Shown piece after piece: positions 8,996 through 20,365 of a stretch of DNA of 64,000 bases. Position 1 is the stretch's first letter; every line of letters starts with the position of its first letter. Below the pieces are notes generated by a model. That model saw only the letters and a program-made list of their open reading frames with translations, was not told the origin of the DNA and did no database searches. Origin of the DNA: Gammaproteobacteria bacterium. GTDB lineage: Bacteria > Pseudomonadota > Gammaproteobacteria > JABABF01. Where the stretch lies: assembly GCA_965237805.1 (NCBI GenBank), contig OZ250153.1, forward strand, positions 1,333,816 through 1,397,815, read 5' to 3'. Made by a program: the position numbers and the translations under genes.

Positions 8996-9706
8996 TCAGT
9001 TGTCTTCGGCCACGAATTCGGCGGCACGACCCTGTAGAACAGCAGTAAGTGTTGGAGCCAAGGTGTCCATCACCTTGGTTGGCTTTTGAGGCGAGCCGTA
9101 ATCGGCAGAGAGAATGGCCAAAGTGTTCTCATGTGCCACATCGATCAAACGAACTGAAACGCTCGTGATGCCTATGTATTGCCCGCTAGCCGAGCTGAAT
9201 ATACCGAAGCCCACCTTCGAGCCTGTTTCCACAGTAAATTTTAAGACCGCGTCAGCGCCAGCTTGTTTGGCGACACGCAACATCGTGCGACTATCAGGAG
9301 CCTTGGCCGCCTCTTTTGGCAGATATTTTTCAAGATCGAACTGATCTAGAACCTCATAACCTGCCTTGGCAAGGGCGGCAACGGCACGGTTTTGCATCAT
9401 GCCTATGGATGAACTGCCGTGCTGGCCCCAAAAAACATGCTGGCCTTGCTGACCATCCCCACTCCCACTCGTGCTGGAGACCACTAAAAGCCGCTTGAAC
9501 TTTGCGACCCCCTGTGGGGAATAGTATTGAGTGGGAACTACTCGTATGTCCTTTCGCTCACCCAAAATTTTATCTGTGCCTGCTATAAGGCCAAGGAGTA
9601 TCAGATCAGCGCATCCCGAAAGCACAAGCCCAGATGCCAAGAGCGCACCAAGGAGATATGGTGGAAGTTTCCTTAGTTTTCTATTCGGGGGGGGGGGGGA
9701 TAACAT
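8996..9706 (-). CDS. Lipoprotein, possibly CsgG/LpoB/TolB-N-like fold. Gene carries an N-terminal homopolymeric tract.
   Basis: Internal start MLSPPPPNRKLRKLPPYLLGALLASGLVLSGC (lipobox LSGC) of ORF 8996..9949; the longer ORF would overlap the polA 3' end. The PPPP codons are encoded by a C13 run. Globular part has KRLLVVSSTSGSG, GADAVLKFTVE and VSVRLIDV patterns. Confidence 0.5.
   Translation of the reverse strand: MLSPPPPNRKLRKLPPYLLGALLASGLVLSGCADLILLGLIAGTDKILGERKDIRVVPTQYYSPQGVAKFKRLLVVSSTSGSGDGQQGQHVFWGQHGSSSIGMMQNRAVAALAKAGYEVLDQFDLEKYLPKEAAKAPDSRTMLRVAKQAGADAVLKFTVETGSKVGFGIFSSASGQYIGITSVSVRLIDVAHENTLAILSADYGSPQKPTKVMDTLAPTLTAVLQGRAAEFVAEDN
9686..9698 (-). repeat. 13-nt homopolymeric G/C tract inside codons 3-7 of the lipoprotein gene. 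Candidate slipped-strand phase-variation site.
   Basis: Plus strand G13 (about 9686-9698); minus strand reads ATG TTA TCC CCC CCC CCC CCG AAT. A +/-1 slip places a stop right after it (a 14-C reading gives ...GAA TAG). Confidence 0.6.
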
Positions 9707-9815
9707 TGCTGAGTATTCCTGTAACTGATTGGCGTTTCGGCTGGCTTCTGCTTGCCTATGCTGTCTGCACTGAACAGGCGCGAATCGCAACTGATGCAGG
9801 GGACGAACTAGCGAC

Positions 9816-9853
9816 ATCGTACCCCCCATCGCCCTAATGTCAACCCCCCCCCC
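9816..9853 (-). promoter_or_regulatory. Candidate sigma70 promoter of the lipoprotein gene, with homopolymers at and inside the -35/-10 spacer.
   Basis: Minus-strand sequence GGGGGGGGGG-TTGACA-ttagggcgatgggggg(16 nt)-TACGAT. -35 is consensus TTGACA; the spacer contains a G6 run; a G10 abuts -35. It lies between the polA stop (9894) and the lipoprotein ATG (9706). Confidence 0.4.
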
Positions 9854-9893
9854 AACATCCAAAAATCCTTCGCAACCAAGCCAAAGCCTCCCC

Positions 9894-12692
9894 CTAATGT
9901 GCCTCGTCCCAATTCTCCCCGTATTGACAGTCCACTTCCAGCGGCACATCCAGCTCGCCGCCGTCGGCTGTCACCATCAGCTCTGAGATGCGCTTGCCGA
10001 TCTCTCGCTCGGTGCCAGTCTCCACCTCCAGCACCAATTCGTCGTGCACTTGCAGGATCATCCGCGCTGGCACTTGCTCTGCTGCTAGCCAGCGATCCAC
10101 CGCCAGCATCGCCCGCTTGACGATGTCGGCGGCGGTGCCTTGGATCGGGGCGTTGATGGCGGCGCGCTCGGCGGCTTGGCGGCGCGCCTGATTGCGATCG
10201 CCAATGGCACCGACCGGTAGGCGACGACCGTAGAGGGTATGGACAGCGCCATCGCGGCGCGCCAGCTCGCGGGTGTGCTCCATGTAGTCCTGCACGCCGG
10301 GATAGCGTGCAAAATAGCTCTCCATATAGCGCCGCGCCTCGCTCTGCGGCACATCTAATTGGCGCGCCAAGCCGTAGGCCGACATGCCGTAGATCAGGCC
10401 GAAGTTGATCGCCTTGGCGTGGCGGCGCAGCTGGTTGTCCACCGCTGCCTCATCGCCGTCGGTGAATAGCTCGGCGGCGGTGGCTCGGTGGATGTCGCGC
10501 CCCTCTGCGAAAGCCTGCGAGAGGCCGCGGTCACCGGAGCAGTGGGCCATGATACGCAGCTCGATCTGTGAGTAGTCACAGCACAGCAGGCGGTAGCCTT
10601 CGGCCGGGATAAATGCTTGGCGGATGCGTCGCCCCTCGGCGGTGCGGATCGGGATGTTCTGCAGATTCGGATCGGCCGAGGACAGTCGCCCAGTGGCCGT
10701 GACCGCTTGGTGGAAGGAGCTGTGAACCCGACCACTGCGCACGTTGACGCAGGCTGGCAGGCGGTCGGCGTAAGTGGACTTGAGTTTGACTAGGCTGCGG
10801 TAGTCGAGGATCAGCTTGGCGATCTTGTGTTCGCGTGCCAGCTCCTGCAACACGGGCTCGGCGGTGGAGGGCTGGCCACTGGGTGTCTTGCGACCGGCTG
10901 GCAGACCCATGCGCTCGTAGAGCACCTCCTGCAGCTGTTTGGGCGAGTTTAGATTGAAGCGCGTCTCGGCCATATCATGTGCTTGGGCCTCGAGCGTCGC
11001 CGCCCGCTCGCCGAGTTCTGAGCCCAAGGCTTGCAGCTGTTCGCTGTCGATGCGAGCGCCCAAGCGCTCCATCTGCCCGAGTATCGCTGACAGCGGCACA
11101 TCCAACTCGCGATAGAGTGCGGCCAAGCGCGGGGCGCGCTTCAGTTCAGGCCATAGCACTTGGTGCAACTCCAAGGCCGCTACCGCATCCTCGACGGCGT
11201 AGGCGGCGGCTTCCTCCAGCCCCACTTGGCTGAAATTGAGCTGTGTGGCACCGTGGCCGACCACCTCCTTGTAGGAGGTCATTTGGCGTTGCAGATGGCG
11301 GGCGGCGAGGCTGTCTAAGTCGTGGCGACCGCCGGGGCGTAGCAGGTAGGATTCCAACATGGTATCGTGGCGCACGCCGCGCAGCTGGATGCCATGGTTC
11401 AGTAGCACGGCTCGGTCGTACTTCAGGTTCTGCCCCAGCTTGGAGAGCGTGGCGTCCTCCAGCAGTGGGCCGAGCGTTGCCCACACCCTTGCTGCTGGCA
11501 GCTGCCGTGGATCCAGCTCGCCCGCCAAGGAGCTGCTACCGCTGGCTGAGCCCAGCAGATCCGTGTTGGCTAGGCGGTGGCCGATCGGGATGTAGGCACC
11601 GGCACCGGGTTGCACCGCCAGCGCGATGCCGACCACCTCGGCTTCCATGTAGTGCAGGCTGGTGGTCTCCAAGTCCACCGACAGCAGCTCGGCCTTGCGC
11701 GCAGCCTCCAGCCAGCGCCCCAGTGTGGGCTCATCTAGCACCAGCTCCCAGTCGGGCGGGGGCACTGTGTTCACCGCCGCGCTGTCCATCTCGTCGTTGC
11801 CGCTGTCCAGCGCTTCGAGCCAGGTGCGGAACTCCAATTCCCGGTAGAGAGTGCGCAGGCGCTCGGTGTCCGGTGCGACTGTGCGCAGTGCCACCAAGTC
11901 CCGCTCCAGTGACACATCGCTTTTCAGCGTCGCCAGCTGGCGGGCGAGCAACACAGTGTCGCGATCCTCGGACAAGCCTTTGGCCAGTGCGTCGGCGCGA
12001 CGCATACCGCTGGATGCGATCTCGTCCAAGTGCTCATAGATGGTGTCGATGCCGCCCCAGCGGGCGATCAGCTCGCGGGCGGTCTTGGCACCGACGCCGC
12101 GTGCGCCAGCGTAGTTGTCGCTGCTGTCACCGACCAGCGCCAAGTAGTCGACGATATGCTCTGGCGGCACACCGAACTTCTCGCGTACGCCGTCGGCATC
12201 GAGCTGTACTGCCGCGCCGCCGCCGCGCCGCAGGCTGTCCTCGAGCAATACGCCCGCGGCGACCAGCTGCGCTAAATCCTTGTCGCCGGATGATATGACG
12301 ACCTCGCGACCGCCAGCGCGCGCCGTACGAGTTAAGGTGGCGATGACATCGTCGGCTTCGACCTCGGGCACTGCGAGCAGGGGCCAGCCCAGCGCCTCGA
12401 TCAGCTGGTATAGCGGCTCGATTTGCACTCGCAACTCGGTGGGCATCGACGGGCGGTTGGCCTTGTAGCTCGTTTCGAGCTGGTGACGGAAGGTGGGGCC
12501 GGGGGCATCGAAGACGACCACCATCTGGGCATCGGGGTAATCGCCGGCAAGGCGGCGCAACATGGCGATGACGCCGCGCACGGCACCGGTGGGCTGGCCG
12601 CTGTGGGTGCTGAGTGCTGGCAAGGCGTGGTAGGCACGGTAGAGGCAGGAAGAGCCATCCACCAAGACTACCGGGGCGGTGGGTTCAGGCAT
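9894..12692 (-). CDS. polA: DNA polymerase I (5'-3' exo, 3'-5' exo, polymerase domains).
   Basis: 932-aa ORF. N-terminus VVLVDGSSCLYRAYHAL (5' nuclease). C-terminal polymerase motifs (RRAAKAINFGLIYG, VHDELVLE). Confidence 0.95.
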   Translation of the reverse strand: MPEPTAPVVLVDGSSCLYRAYHALPALSTHSGQPTGAVRGVIAMLRRLAGDYPDAQMVVVFDAPGPTFRHQLETSYKANRPSMPTELRVQIEPLYQLIEALGWPLLAVPEVEADDVIATLTRTARAGGREVVISSGDKDLAQLVAAGVLLEDSLRRGGGAAVQLDADGVREKFGVPPEHIVDYLALVGDSSDNYAGARGVGAKTARELIARWGGIDTIYEHLDEIASSGMRRADALAKGLSEDRDTVLLARQLATLKSDVSLERDLVALRTVAPDTERLRTLYRELEFRTWLEALDSGNDEMDSAAVNTVPPPDWELVLDEPTLGRWLEAARKAELLSVDLETTSLHYMEAEVVGIALAVQPGAGAYIPIGHRLANTDLLGSASGSSSLAGELDPRQLPAARVWATLGPLLEDATLSKLGQNLKYDRAVLLNHGIQLRGVRHDTMLESYLLRPGGRHDLDSLAARHLQRQMTSYKEVVGHGATQLNFSQVGLEEAAAYAVEDAVAALELHQVLWPELKRAPRLAALYRELDVPLSAILGQMERLGARIDSEQLQALGSELGERAATLEAQAHDMAETRFNLNSPKQLQEVLYERMGLPAGRKTPSGQPSTAEPVLQELAREHKIAKLILDYRSLVKLKSTYADRLPACVNVRSGRVHSSFHQAVTATGRLSSADPNLQNIPIRTAEGRRIRQAFIPAEGYRLLCCDYSQIELRIMAHCSGDRGLSQAFAEGRDIHRATAAELFTDGDEAAVDNQLRRHAKAINFGLIYGMSAYGLARQLDVPQSEARRYMESYFARYPGVQDYMEHTRELARRDGAVHTLYGRRLPVGAIGDRNQARRQAAERAAINAPIQGTAADIVKRAMLAVDRWLAAEQVPARMILQVHDELVLEVETGTEREIGKRISELMVTADGGELDVPLEVDCQYGENWDEAH

Positions 12693-12824
12693 GTTGGCGC
12701 TGGGCGCTGGGGTGGATCATCGTCACAGCATTTTAGCGCTGGCTGGTGGGATGATCGGCAGTGGGGGCGGGCATTATATGTTTGTCTTGGAGAGTGGTCA
12801 TGCTACTACTAAACTTGCTGTATT

Positions 12825-13538
12825 TTGGCCGTGCTGCCCGCCTTTGGAGAATCAATTGTGATCGGTTTCCGGCGGGTGATGTCATGGTGTTCGCAATCTT
12901 TTATCGCCTCAGCTTTCCATTATCTGTACTATCATTCTTCCGACACATGGCAAAAAAATACTTTTCTCGGCTACCGTATTGCGCAGTGTCCACTGGATCT
13001 GCATCTCTACCAAGAGCTGGTCTATCGACTGCGCCCGGCGGCCATTATCCAAACCGGAGTGTTTGATGGGGGATCCATCCTCTATTTTGCTTCGCTGCTG
13101 GATCTGATGGGCATGCCTCCCAGCGCAGTGGTCTATGGTGTTGACATCGAACTTTCTGAGCGGGCGCGCAGTCTGAGTCACCCTCGGATCCGGTTGATCG
13201 AAGGGAATTCGGTTGATTCAGATTTGGTCGCGGACATCCGCGAAAATTTGCCGCCCGGAGATGTTTTGGTCTCTTTGGACTCTGATCACAGCAAAGCCCA
13301 TGTCGTGGCCGAGTTGGCCGCCTACAAGGATTTCGTCGGTGTCGGCTCTTATCTCGTCGTCGAGGACACGAATATTAACGGACACCCCGTCTTTGAATCT
13401 TTTGGGCCGGGTGGGGGGCCGTACGAGGCGGTGGCCGAGTTCTTGGTAGAGAACAAGAATTTCAAGCGTGACGATGCCTTGTGGAAGCGCAACAAGTTTT
13501 CCTTCCACCAATATGGTTGGCTCAAGCGGGTGCAGTAG
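12825..13538 (+). CDS. CmcI/cephalosporin-hydroxylase-family class I SAM-dependent methyltransferase (rhamnosyl O-methyltransferase-like).
   Basis: [55 protein letters not shown] ... YLVVEDTNI pattern typical of PF04989. Confidence 0.65.
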   Translation: MAVLPAFGESIVIGFRRVMSWCSQSFIASAFHYLYYHSSDTWQKNTFLGYRIAQCPLDLHLYQELVYRLRPAAIIQTGVFDGGSILYFASLLDLMGMPPSAVVYGVDIELSERARSLSHPRIRLIEGNSVDSDLVADIRENLPPGDVLVSLDSDHSKAHVVAELAAYKDFVGVGSYLVVEDTNINGHPVFESFGPGGGPYEAVAEFLVENKNFKRDDALWKRNKFSFHQYGWLKRVQ

Positions 13539-13610
13539 AGAGAGGGGGGCGCGGCTTCGCTTGGTTTGAGTAGACAGTCAATCAGCTGCGTGCGTATTGT
13601 GGCGTGTGCC

Positions 13611-13988
13611 TCAATCCAATGAGAAAGACGAGCCACAGCCGCAGGTGACGGTGGCGCGTGGATTGTTGACCACGAAACGCGAACCCTGCAGGCCCTCCTC
13701 GTAGTCCACTTCAGAGCCAGCCAGATAGGGCAGGCTGGTGGCGTCGACCAACAACGCGGCACCGTCGGCTTCGATCACCGTGTCGTCTTCGGCGGGAAAT
13801 TCGTCGAAAGTAAAGCCGTACTCAAAGCCAGCGCAGCCGCCGCCAGTGATGAAGAGCCGCAATTTGAGTGTTTTGTTGCCCTCGTCCTCGACCAGCTGGC
13901 GCACACGCGCAGCGGCGCACGGCGTGAAGCTGAGGGCTGCGGTGGTGCTTTGCATCTCGGCCCCCATTGGGCTGTCCATAGCGGTCAT
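13611..13988 (-). CDS. erpA: Iron-sulfur cluster insertion protein ErpA (HesB/IscA family). Likely true start near 13955.
   Basis: [23 protein letters not shown] ... [30 protein letters not shown] is near-identical in pattern to E. coli ErpA. Confidence 0.85.
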   Translation of the reverse strand: MTAMDSPMGAEMQSTTAALSFTPCAAARVRQLVEDEGNKTLKLRLFITGGGCAGFEYGFTFDEFPAEDDTVIEADGAALLVDATSLPYLAGSEVDYEEGLQGSRFVVNNPRATVTCGCGSSFSLD

Positions 13989-14074
13989 ATCCGGTGGTGT
14001 GGTGTCAGCTGTCTGGTCATTTTACGCTGAGGGAGCTAAGGCGTGGGGATGAACCATGCTCGGCGGGCTCGCCG

Positions 14075-14151
<77 letters not shown>

Positions 14152-14396
14152 CGGAAAATATGTCGCGAGCTGCTTGGCGTCGCTCTGCGCGAGCTGGCTG
14201 AGGGCTGGCGACCATGCGAAGCATGATGGTGGGACACGCCGATTATTCGTTTAGTACTGATAGGTGTGGACGCTTGAGCCGAAGGCTTGCACGGCGCAGT
14301 CGTTGCGCTGGCACGGCGGCGGCAAGCCACAGGCGTGCGCTCCGAGGAGCGTCACCGTGTACTGCCGTGCGCCGAGGGCACAAGACCGCATTGCGA

Positions 14397-15928
<1,532 letters not shown>

Positions 15929-16099
15929 ATGATGTTCAAGTAACCGCCGAAGCGGCTACCTGCACATGATTTTGCCAAAGAGCGATGGCTGAACGCACCG
16001 AAAATTATATTGACTATATTGACGGTATAGTTCGCTTATGCCAATTTGGCTATTATTGCGCTAACCGCGCAACGCCTTCATATGCTCTGGCGATGATGC

Positions 16100-16170
16100 C
16101 CCCTGAGGGGCCGCCGGAACTCAACACAAGCGCCCACACCTATAAGTGTCTAAACTGTCTCTAATTGACA
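16100..16170 (-). promoter_or_regulatory. Putative rRNA promoter region upstream of the 16S (weak call).
   Basis: Minus-strand TTGTCA-n17-CACTTA/TTATAG-like hexamers in the AT-richer leader about 200 nt upstream of the 16S 5' end. Confidence 0.2.
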
Positions 16171-16205
16171 AATAACTCACCTCTCTCGGCACAGCCTTTG
16201 AGGCG

Positions 16206-17249
16206 ATGCAGGGAGCCGATCGACCAAAATCGATACAGGCGACTAATAAGTATATGGCAGATTCAATCGGCGCGTCAAGGAGACGGGCGTCGTCACAGCA
16301 CGAGTCCGGCAGTCGGCGCACCGCTCAGCTGCGCTCTATCGAGGATGCGTTGCGCTACTTGGGGCTGTTGCCACTACCCTTGCTCTATGCGCTGATCGGC
16401 CCTCTTGCGTTGCTGTTCCTCGTGCCACAGCCGTGGTATTGGCGGCGAATCTTTGGCAATATGCGCTATGTTGAGCTGGGTTGCTCGCGCCGCCACATGA
16501 TCTGGGTTGGCCTGCGCCGCGCCCTGTATTTTGGCGAGCAGTTGGCTGAATGGCTGCGCACACCGTGGGTCGACACGGCGCTCCTGACCAGTCGCAGGGC
16601 ACCGTTGTCGCCGGAGGTGCCGCGGGTGCTGGCCTCGCAACAGGGGCATCCTGGTCCGGTATTCCTGCTGGGTTGCCACCAGGGCAGCTTCCTGTGGTCG
16701 ATGCTGGCCGTGCGTTTCCATTTCGCCCCTTGGCTCCAAGCGCCAGCCGTTGGCATTTTCCAGCGTCAGCACGGCCTCAATTTACGCAATCTGCTATGCC
16801 GCTACGACCGGCAATACCGGGCTGATTTCTTGGATTCCGGACGACCTTTTATGCGCTGGCTGGCAGCTCGGCGCCGCACCGGCACACCCAGCTTGGTGTT
16901 CGCGCTCGGCGACAACGCCGCCATGCCAGACAGTCTGGCAGGGTCTATCGTGCAAGTGCCGATGCTCGGCGGAGAGCGTTGTTTGCGCCGTGATCTCGGT
17001 GCGGTGGCCGTCAACGTGGGTGCGCCGATCTTTTTTTTGCACAGCCGCCGGATCGGGCTCGGCCATTATGAAACATCGCTGGAGCTGATTGGCGAGCCGC
17101 CCTATGGCAACGATGGTGTTGAGCGGGTGCTGCGCCGCTATGCGGAGCTCACAGCCAGCGCCTATGCCGAGGCGCCGCAGTTCAGCCAGCTGCTATTGAA
17201 TAACCCCCGTCGTTGGGTGCCGCTTGAGCTGTCTGGTTGCAAGGGCTGA
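16206..17249 (+). CDS. LpxL/HtrB-like lipid A (lysophospholipid) acyltransferase. True start probably ATG ~16254.
   Basis: N-terminal TM LLPLPLLYALIGPLALLFLV. LLGCHQGSFLW (HxGNWE-like box). LGDNAAMPDSLAGSIVQVPMLGGERCL and VGAPIFFLHSRR resemble LPLAT-family blocks. Confidence 0.5.
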   Translation: MQGADRPKSIQATNKYMADSIGASRRRASSQHESGSRRTAQLRSIEDALRYLGLLPLPLLYALIGPLALLFLVPQPWYWRRIFGNMRYVELGCSRRHMIWVGLRRALYFGEQLAEWLRTPWVDTALLTSRRAPLSPEVPRVLASQQGHPGPVFLLGCHQGSFLWSMLAVRFHFAPWLQAPAVGIFQRQHGLNLRNLLCRYDRQYRADFLDSGRPFMRWLAARRRTGTPSLVFALGDNAAMPDSLAGSIVQVPMLGGERCLRRDLGAVAVNVGAPIFFLHSRRIGLGHYETSLELIGEPPYGNDGVERVLRRYAELTASAYAEAPQFSQLLLNNPRRWVPLELSGCKG

Positions 17250-17270
17250 GTGCGCCATGCTGGCTGCCCG

Positions 17271-18059
17271 CTATTCCGCGTTGTAGGGCGGGCCGCTATA
17301 TGTCAGCCAATGATTCTGTGCCCAGCCAACCTTGCCGAAGCCCCGCCGGAGCCCTTTGCCCCACCAGCCCTCACGACAGACCTCATCCGGCAACGGACGG
17401 CCATGAAATACCACAATGCGTACATTGCTGGGAAGTGCGCGAGTACGGCACAGGAAATTCCATGGCGGGGAGTGCATCAGATCCGCCTTGAAGCTGAGGC
17501 ATAAGCCTTTGGGCCAGTACGCCAACCCCTGCGCATGCGTGACCAAAAAACGCTGCTCATTGCGAAAGCTTGTAAAGGCGGCTTCTGGGTCGGCCATAAA
17601 GGCGTGATAAATCTGAGCCTGGGCACCTAGGTCAAAGGCGAATACAGAAGAATTCCCCCCCACCTGATCCCGTCGCATCAGGCGGTGCCCAATTTGCGCC
17701 CATTCTCTAATGATCAGTAGTGGTTGTTGCGAGTCAAAAAAAACATCGAGACTACCTGTGATCACAATGTCCACATCCAGAAATAAAACACGCCCTTCGA
17801 TCTGATGCAGTGCGGGCGCAAAGACGCAAAGCTTTTGCCAGCCGCCATGTGCCAGACGCTCTGGCGACAAGCCGATATCGGGCAAAGGATAGGCTTCGAT
17901 AGAGCGATCCAAGCCGCTGTCATCATCGGTCAAACAAATGAAACGAAATGGCTGCTCCAAATTAGCTGACACTGCACGGTAAAGGATATTGACATAATCC
18001 GCAGAATACGCTGTCCCCCATTTCATACACAGTACTGTTGCCATTGTCAGCGCCGCCAC
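17271..18059 (-). CDS. Glycosyltransferase (nucleotide-diphospho-sugar transferase fold).
   Basis: N-terminal VLCMKWGTAYSADYVNILYRAV motif typical of a GT family seen in LPS/capsule loci. DVD-containing central region. Confidence 0.45.
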   Translation of the reverse strand: MAALTMATVLCMKWGTAYSADYVNILYRAVSANLEQPFRFICLTDDDSGLDRSIEAYPLPDIGLSPERLAHGGWQKLCVFAPALHQIEGRVLFLDVDIVITGSLDVFFDSQQPLLIIREWAQIGHRLMRRDQVGGNSSVFAFDLGAQAQIYHAFMADPEAAFTSFRNEQRFLVTHAQGLAYWPKGLCLSFKADLMHSPPWNFLCRTRALPSNVRIVVFHGRPLPDEVCREGWWGKGLRRGFGKVGWAQNHWLTYSGPPYNAE

Positions 18060-20365
18060 CCAGCTTGGTTTTCAAGCAGTTTCAGGATTCTTTGGAACCG
18101 TGCGAAACTGTAGATCATTGCATAGCAGAATCCTTGCAATCCCCCGAAAATACAGCCACGTATAATATAGAACTTTACAAAAAATATTGGCATTTCAAAG
18201 AATAGACGCCAAGACAGTACTCGCAACGGCTTGGAGATCCGTTGTTGCTCCAGATCGGAATACGCGTTCTCTTTTTCTGCTACCTGCCATATCGACCTGA
18301 CCGCGATATGAAACATACGACCTTTTAGGGTTTTTATTTTAGAGCCCGTGCGATCTAATCCTTCCACCACTGTTTCGCTGTTATAGTCGGTTTGGCGGCT
18401 ATCATAAAGTCGTGGGAAGTGATGGCGTTTCATAAATGTGCGATTCTCAATTCTCCCTAAATACACATCATTGCGCCCGAGTGCATAGGCGGCTTGCTCT
18501 GGCTTGCCATCCTTGAACAGCTCTCGAATGGATTGGATGAGTTGTTGATCGAGCCACTCGTCAGCATCCAAATGGAGTACCCATCCTCTGGGAATTTGTG
18601 TCGTCGCAAACTGTTTCTGTTTCCCATAACCTTCCCAATCATGATGGATGACGCGTGCGCCGTAAGATTCAGCGATGGCTTGTGTGCCATCGGTTGAGCC
18701 GCTGTCGATCACCACGATCTCACGCGCCAATGATTGCATAGACGCCAAAGCGCGACCGATCCGATCCGCTTCGTTATAGGCGATGATATAGCCGCAAAGT
18801 GCTAAGGCAGGCAGCGCTTGCAAAGCCTCGGCAGACAGCGGTGGGAGTGTGGGGCGCTGCGCCTCATTTTCCGTCCACCCCAGTTTCTTTTCAATCTCCA
18901 TCGCTGTGCGCAAGAAGCGCACATAGGCTCGAATCATAGAGTAAGCAAAGCCTTTCTGCCCGCCGAGGATATGGTGCCTCAGAAAATAATGTTTCAGAAA
19001 ACATTGGGGGAAGTTACAGAACAATGACATGATTAAAACAGGCAAAGATCTATCGCGCATACCGACTCTGGCATAGTGCATCTCTTTTTGCACCATATGG
19101 CCAACTTTGCGCGCATGCGCATGGTATAACACGCCATTTAAAGTGCCTGTTTTACCTGCTGGTCGTGACACAGATGTGTGTAAAGGAATGGCGGTGAAAC
19201 GACTTTTTCTCCGATCATATAGTCTGGGCAAGTGCTCTAAATTCATATGCCAGCGCATCGCCCGATCACCAAAGTAAATGTCTCCGCGTCGTAAGCACCA
19301 CACGGGCTTGTCGGGATCGCCATGTGCAAATAGACGGCGTATACTTCCCACCAGTTCTATATCCAACCATTCATCGGCATCTATGTTGAGTAGCCAGTTA
19401 TTGCTGCACTGATCTTCGGCAAATCGTTTTTGTGGGCCATCGCCGCTCCATTCTTGGTGAAACACTTTTGCGCCATAGCTTTCCGCGATTTTTACCGTCT
19501 CATCCGTTGATCCACTATCGACCACAATAATTTCATCCACGAGCTGTCTGACAGAAATCATAGCTCGCTCTATGCGATCGGCCTCATTGTGTGCGACGAT
19601 GAAGCAAGAAATCGGCAAAGATGTTGTCATATCTGGCCACGACGGAAGGGTTGCTTTGCGCTTCCGAATAGAATTGCGTAGCCTCTGAACAACGTTTGGC
19701 TTGCGCCAAAATATTTCCGAGACATGACGGTGTTTCCCAATATCTTGGACACCGCCATTCTCGAGCGCGGCCACATGATAGCCCAGTTCCTTTGCGTGGA
19801 TAGAGATGTTGGCCTCGTTCAGATGCAGACGAAATGGGCCGAGCCGCTCGTAGTCCGATCGGCGCCTCAGTCCCGGATTAAAGGAATAGCCATGCCAAAT
19901 TGGGTGTGTGGTGGGATCGATGGGGCGATAGCGAATCGATTTATGCTCAACCAATGGCACATCGATGATGCTGACAGCGCCTTCTCGGGGGTCTCTGATC
20001 AACACCTGAACCAGTTCTTTGAAATCCTCCAACAACACCAAAGAAGGCTTGATAAAACCAGATTTGCTGAAGTGCCAGTCATCCTCACAATGAAAGATAT
20101 ACGGGGTGGTGACACGTTGATATGCGGTGTCGATGGATGGTAATTGTCCGCGCGGTATTGCATTGAAGATGACATCGAATTGCGCGTTCTGGAACTGCTC
20201 GAGCACCTGATAAACAGCGGGGTCTCCCGAGTCTTCTGTAAGGATAAAATGATCGATCAACTCGGCATCATCGTGGCTGAAGAAACTCTTCAGTGTTGTC
20301 TCCAAAAGATCGAAGCGCCCACAAGATGTCAACACTAAAGTTATTTGCTGATGGGCTGGGTTCAT
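18047..20365 (-). CDS. Multidomain glycosyltransferase: N-terminal GT-like domain plus two tandem GT2 domains.
   Basis: Two internally repeated GT2 cores: ISCFIVAHNEADRIERAMISVRQLVDEIIVVDSGSTDETVKIAESYGAKV and CGYIIAYNEADRIGRALASMQSLAREIVVIDSGSTDGTQAIAESYGARV, each with a D-A-D-E motif. Confidence 0.8.
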   Translation of the reverse strand: MNPAHQQITLVLTSCGRFDLLETTLKSFFSHDDAELIDHFILTEDSGDPAVYQVLEQFQNAQFDVIFNAIPRGQLPSIDTAYQRVTTPYIFHCEDDWHFSKSGFIKPSLVLLEDFKELVQVLIRDPREGAVSIIDVPLVEHKSIRYRPIDPTTHPIWHGYSFNPGLRRRSDYERLGPFRLHLNEANISIHAKELGYHVAALENGGVQDIGKHRHVSEIFWRKPNVVQRLRNSIRKRKATLPSWPDMTTSLPISCFIVAHNEADRIERAMISVRQLVDEIIVVDSGSTDETVKIAESYGAKVFHQEWSGDGPQKRFAEDQCSNNWLLNIDADEWLDIELVGSIRRLFAHGDPDKPVWCLRRGDIYFGDRAMRWHMNLEHLPRLYDRRKSRFTAIPLHTSVSRPAGKTGTLNGVLYHAHARKVGHMVQKEMHYARVGMRDRSLPVLIMSLFCNFPQCFLKHYFLRHHILGGQKGFAYSMIRAYVRFLRTAMEIEKKLGWTENEAQRPTLPPLSAEALQALPALALCGYIIAYNEADRIGRALASMQSLAREIVVIDSGSTDGTQAIAESYGARVIHHDWEGYGKQKQFATTQIPRGWVLHLDADEWLDQQLIQSIRELFKDGKPEQAAYALGRNDVYLGRIENRTFMKRHHFPRLYDSRQTDYNSETVVEGLDRTGSKIKTLKGRMFHIAVRSIWQVAEKENAYSDLEQQRISKPLRVLSWRLFFEMPIFFVKFYIIRGCIFGGLQGFCYAMIYSFARFQRILKLLENQAGWRR

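Noticed and set aside
9688-9730. Considered whether the G-rich tract plus surrounding sequence could be a G-quadruplex regulatory element or a sequencing artefact rather than a contingency tract.
   Set aside because: A single uninterrupted G13 run does not form the G3+N1-7 x4 pattern. It sits precisely in-frame at codons 3-7 of a signal peptide, which fits slipped-strand phase variation better. The sequencing-artefact possibility is retained as the check in the finding.
11243-12298. 351-aa plus-strand ORF (and others at 10979..11233, 11662..12275) antisense to polA.
   Set aside because: Translation is low-complexity R/P/A/C-rich with no domain signature. polA on the opposite strand is unambiguous. 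Typical high-GC antisense ORF.
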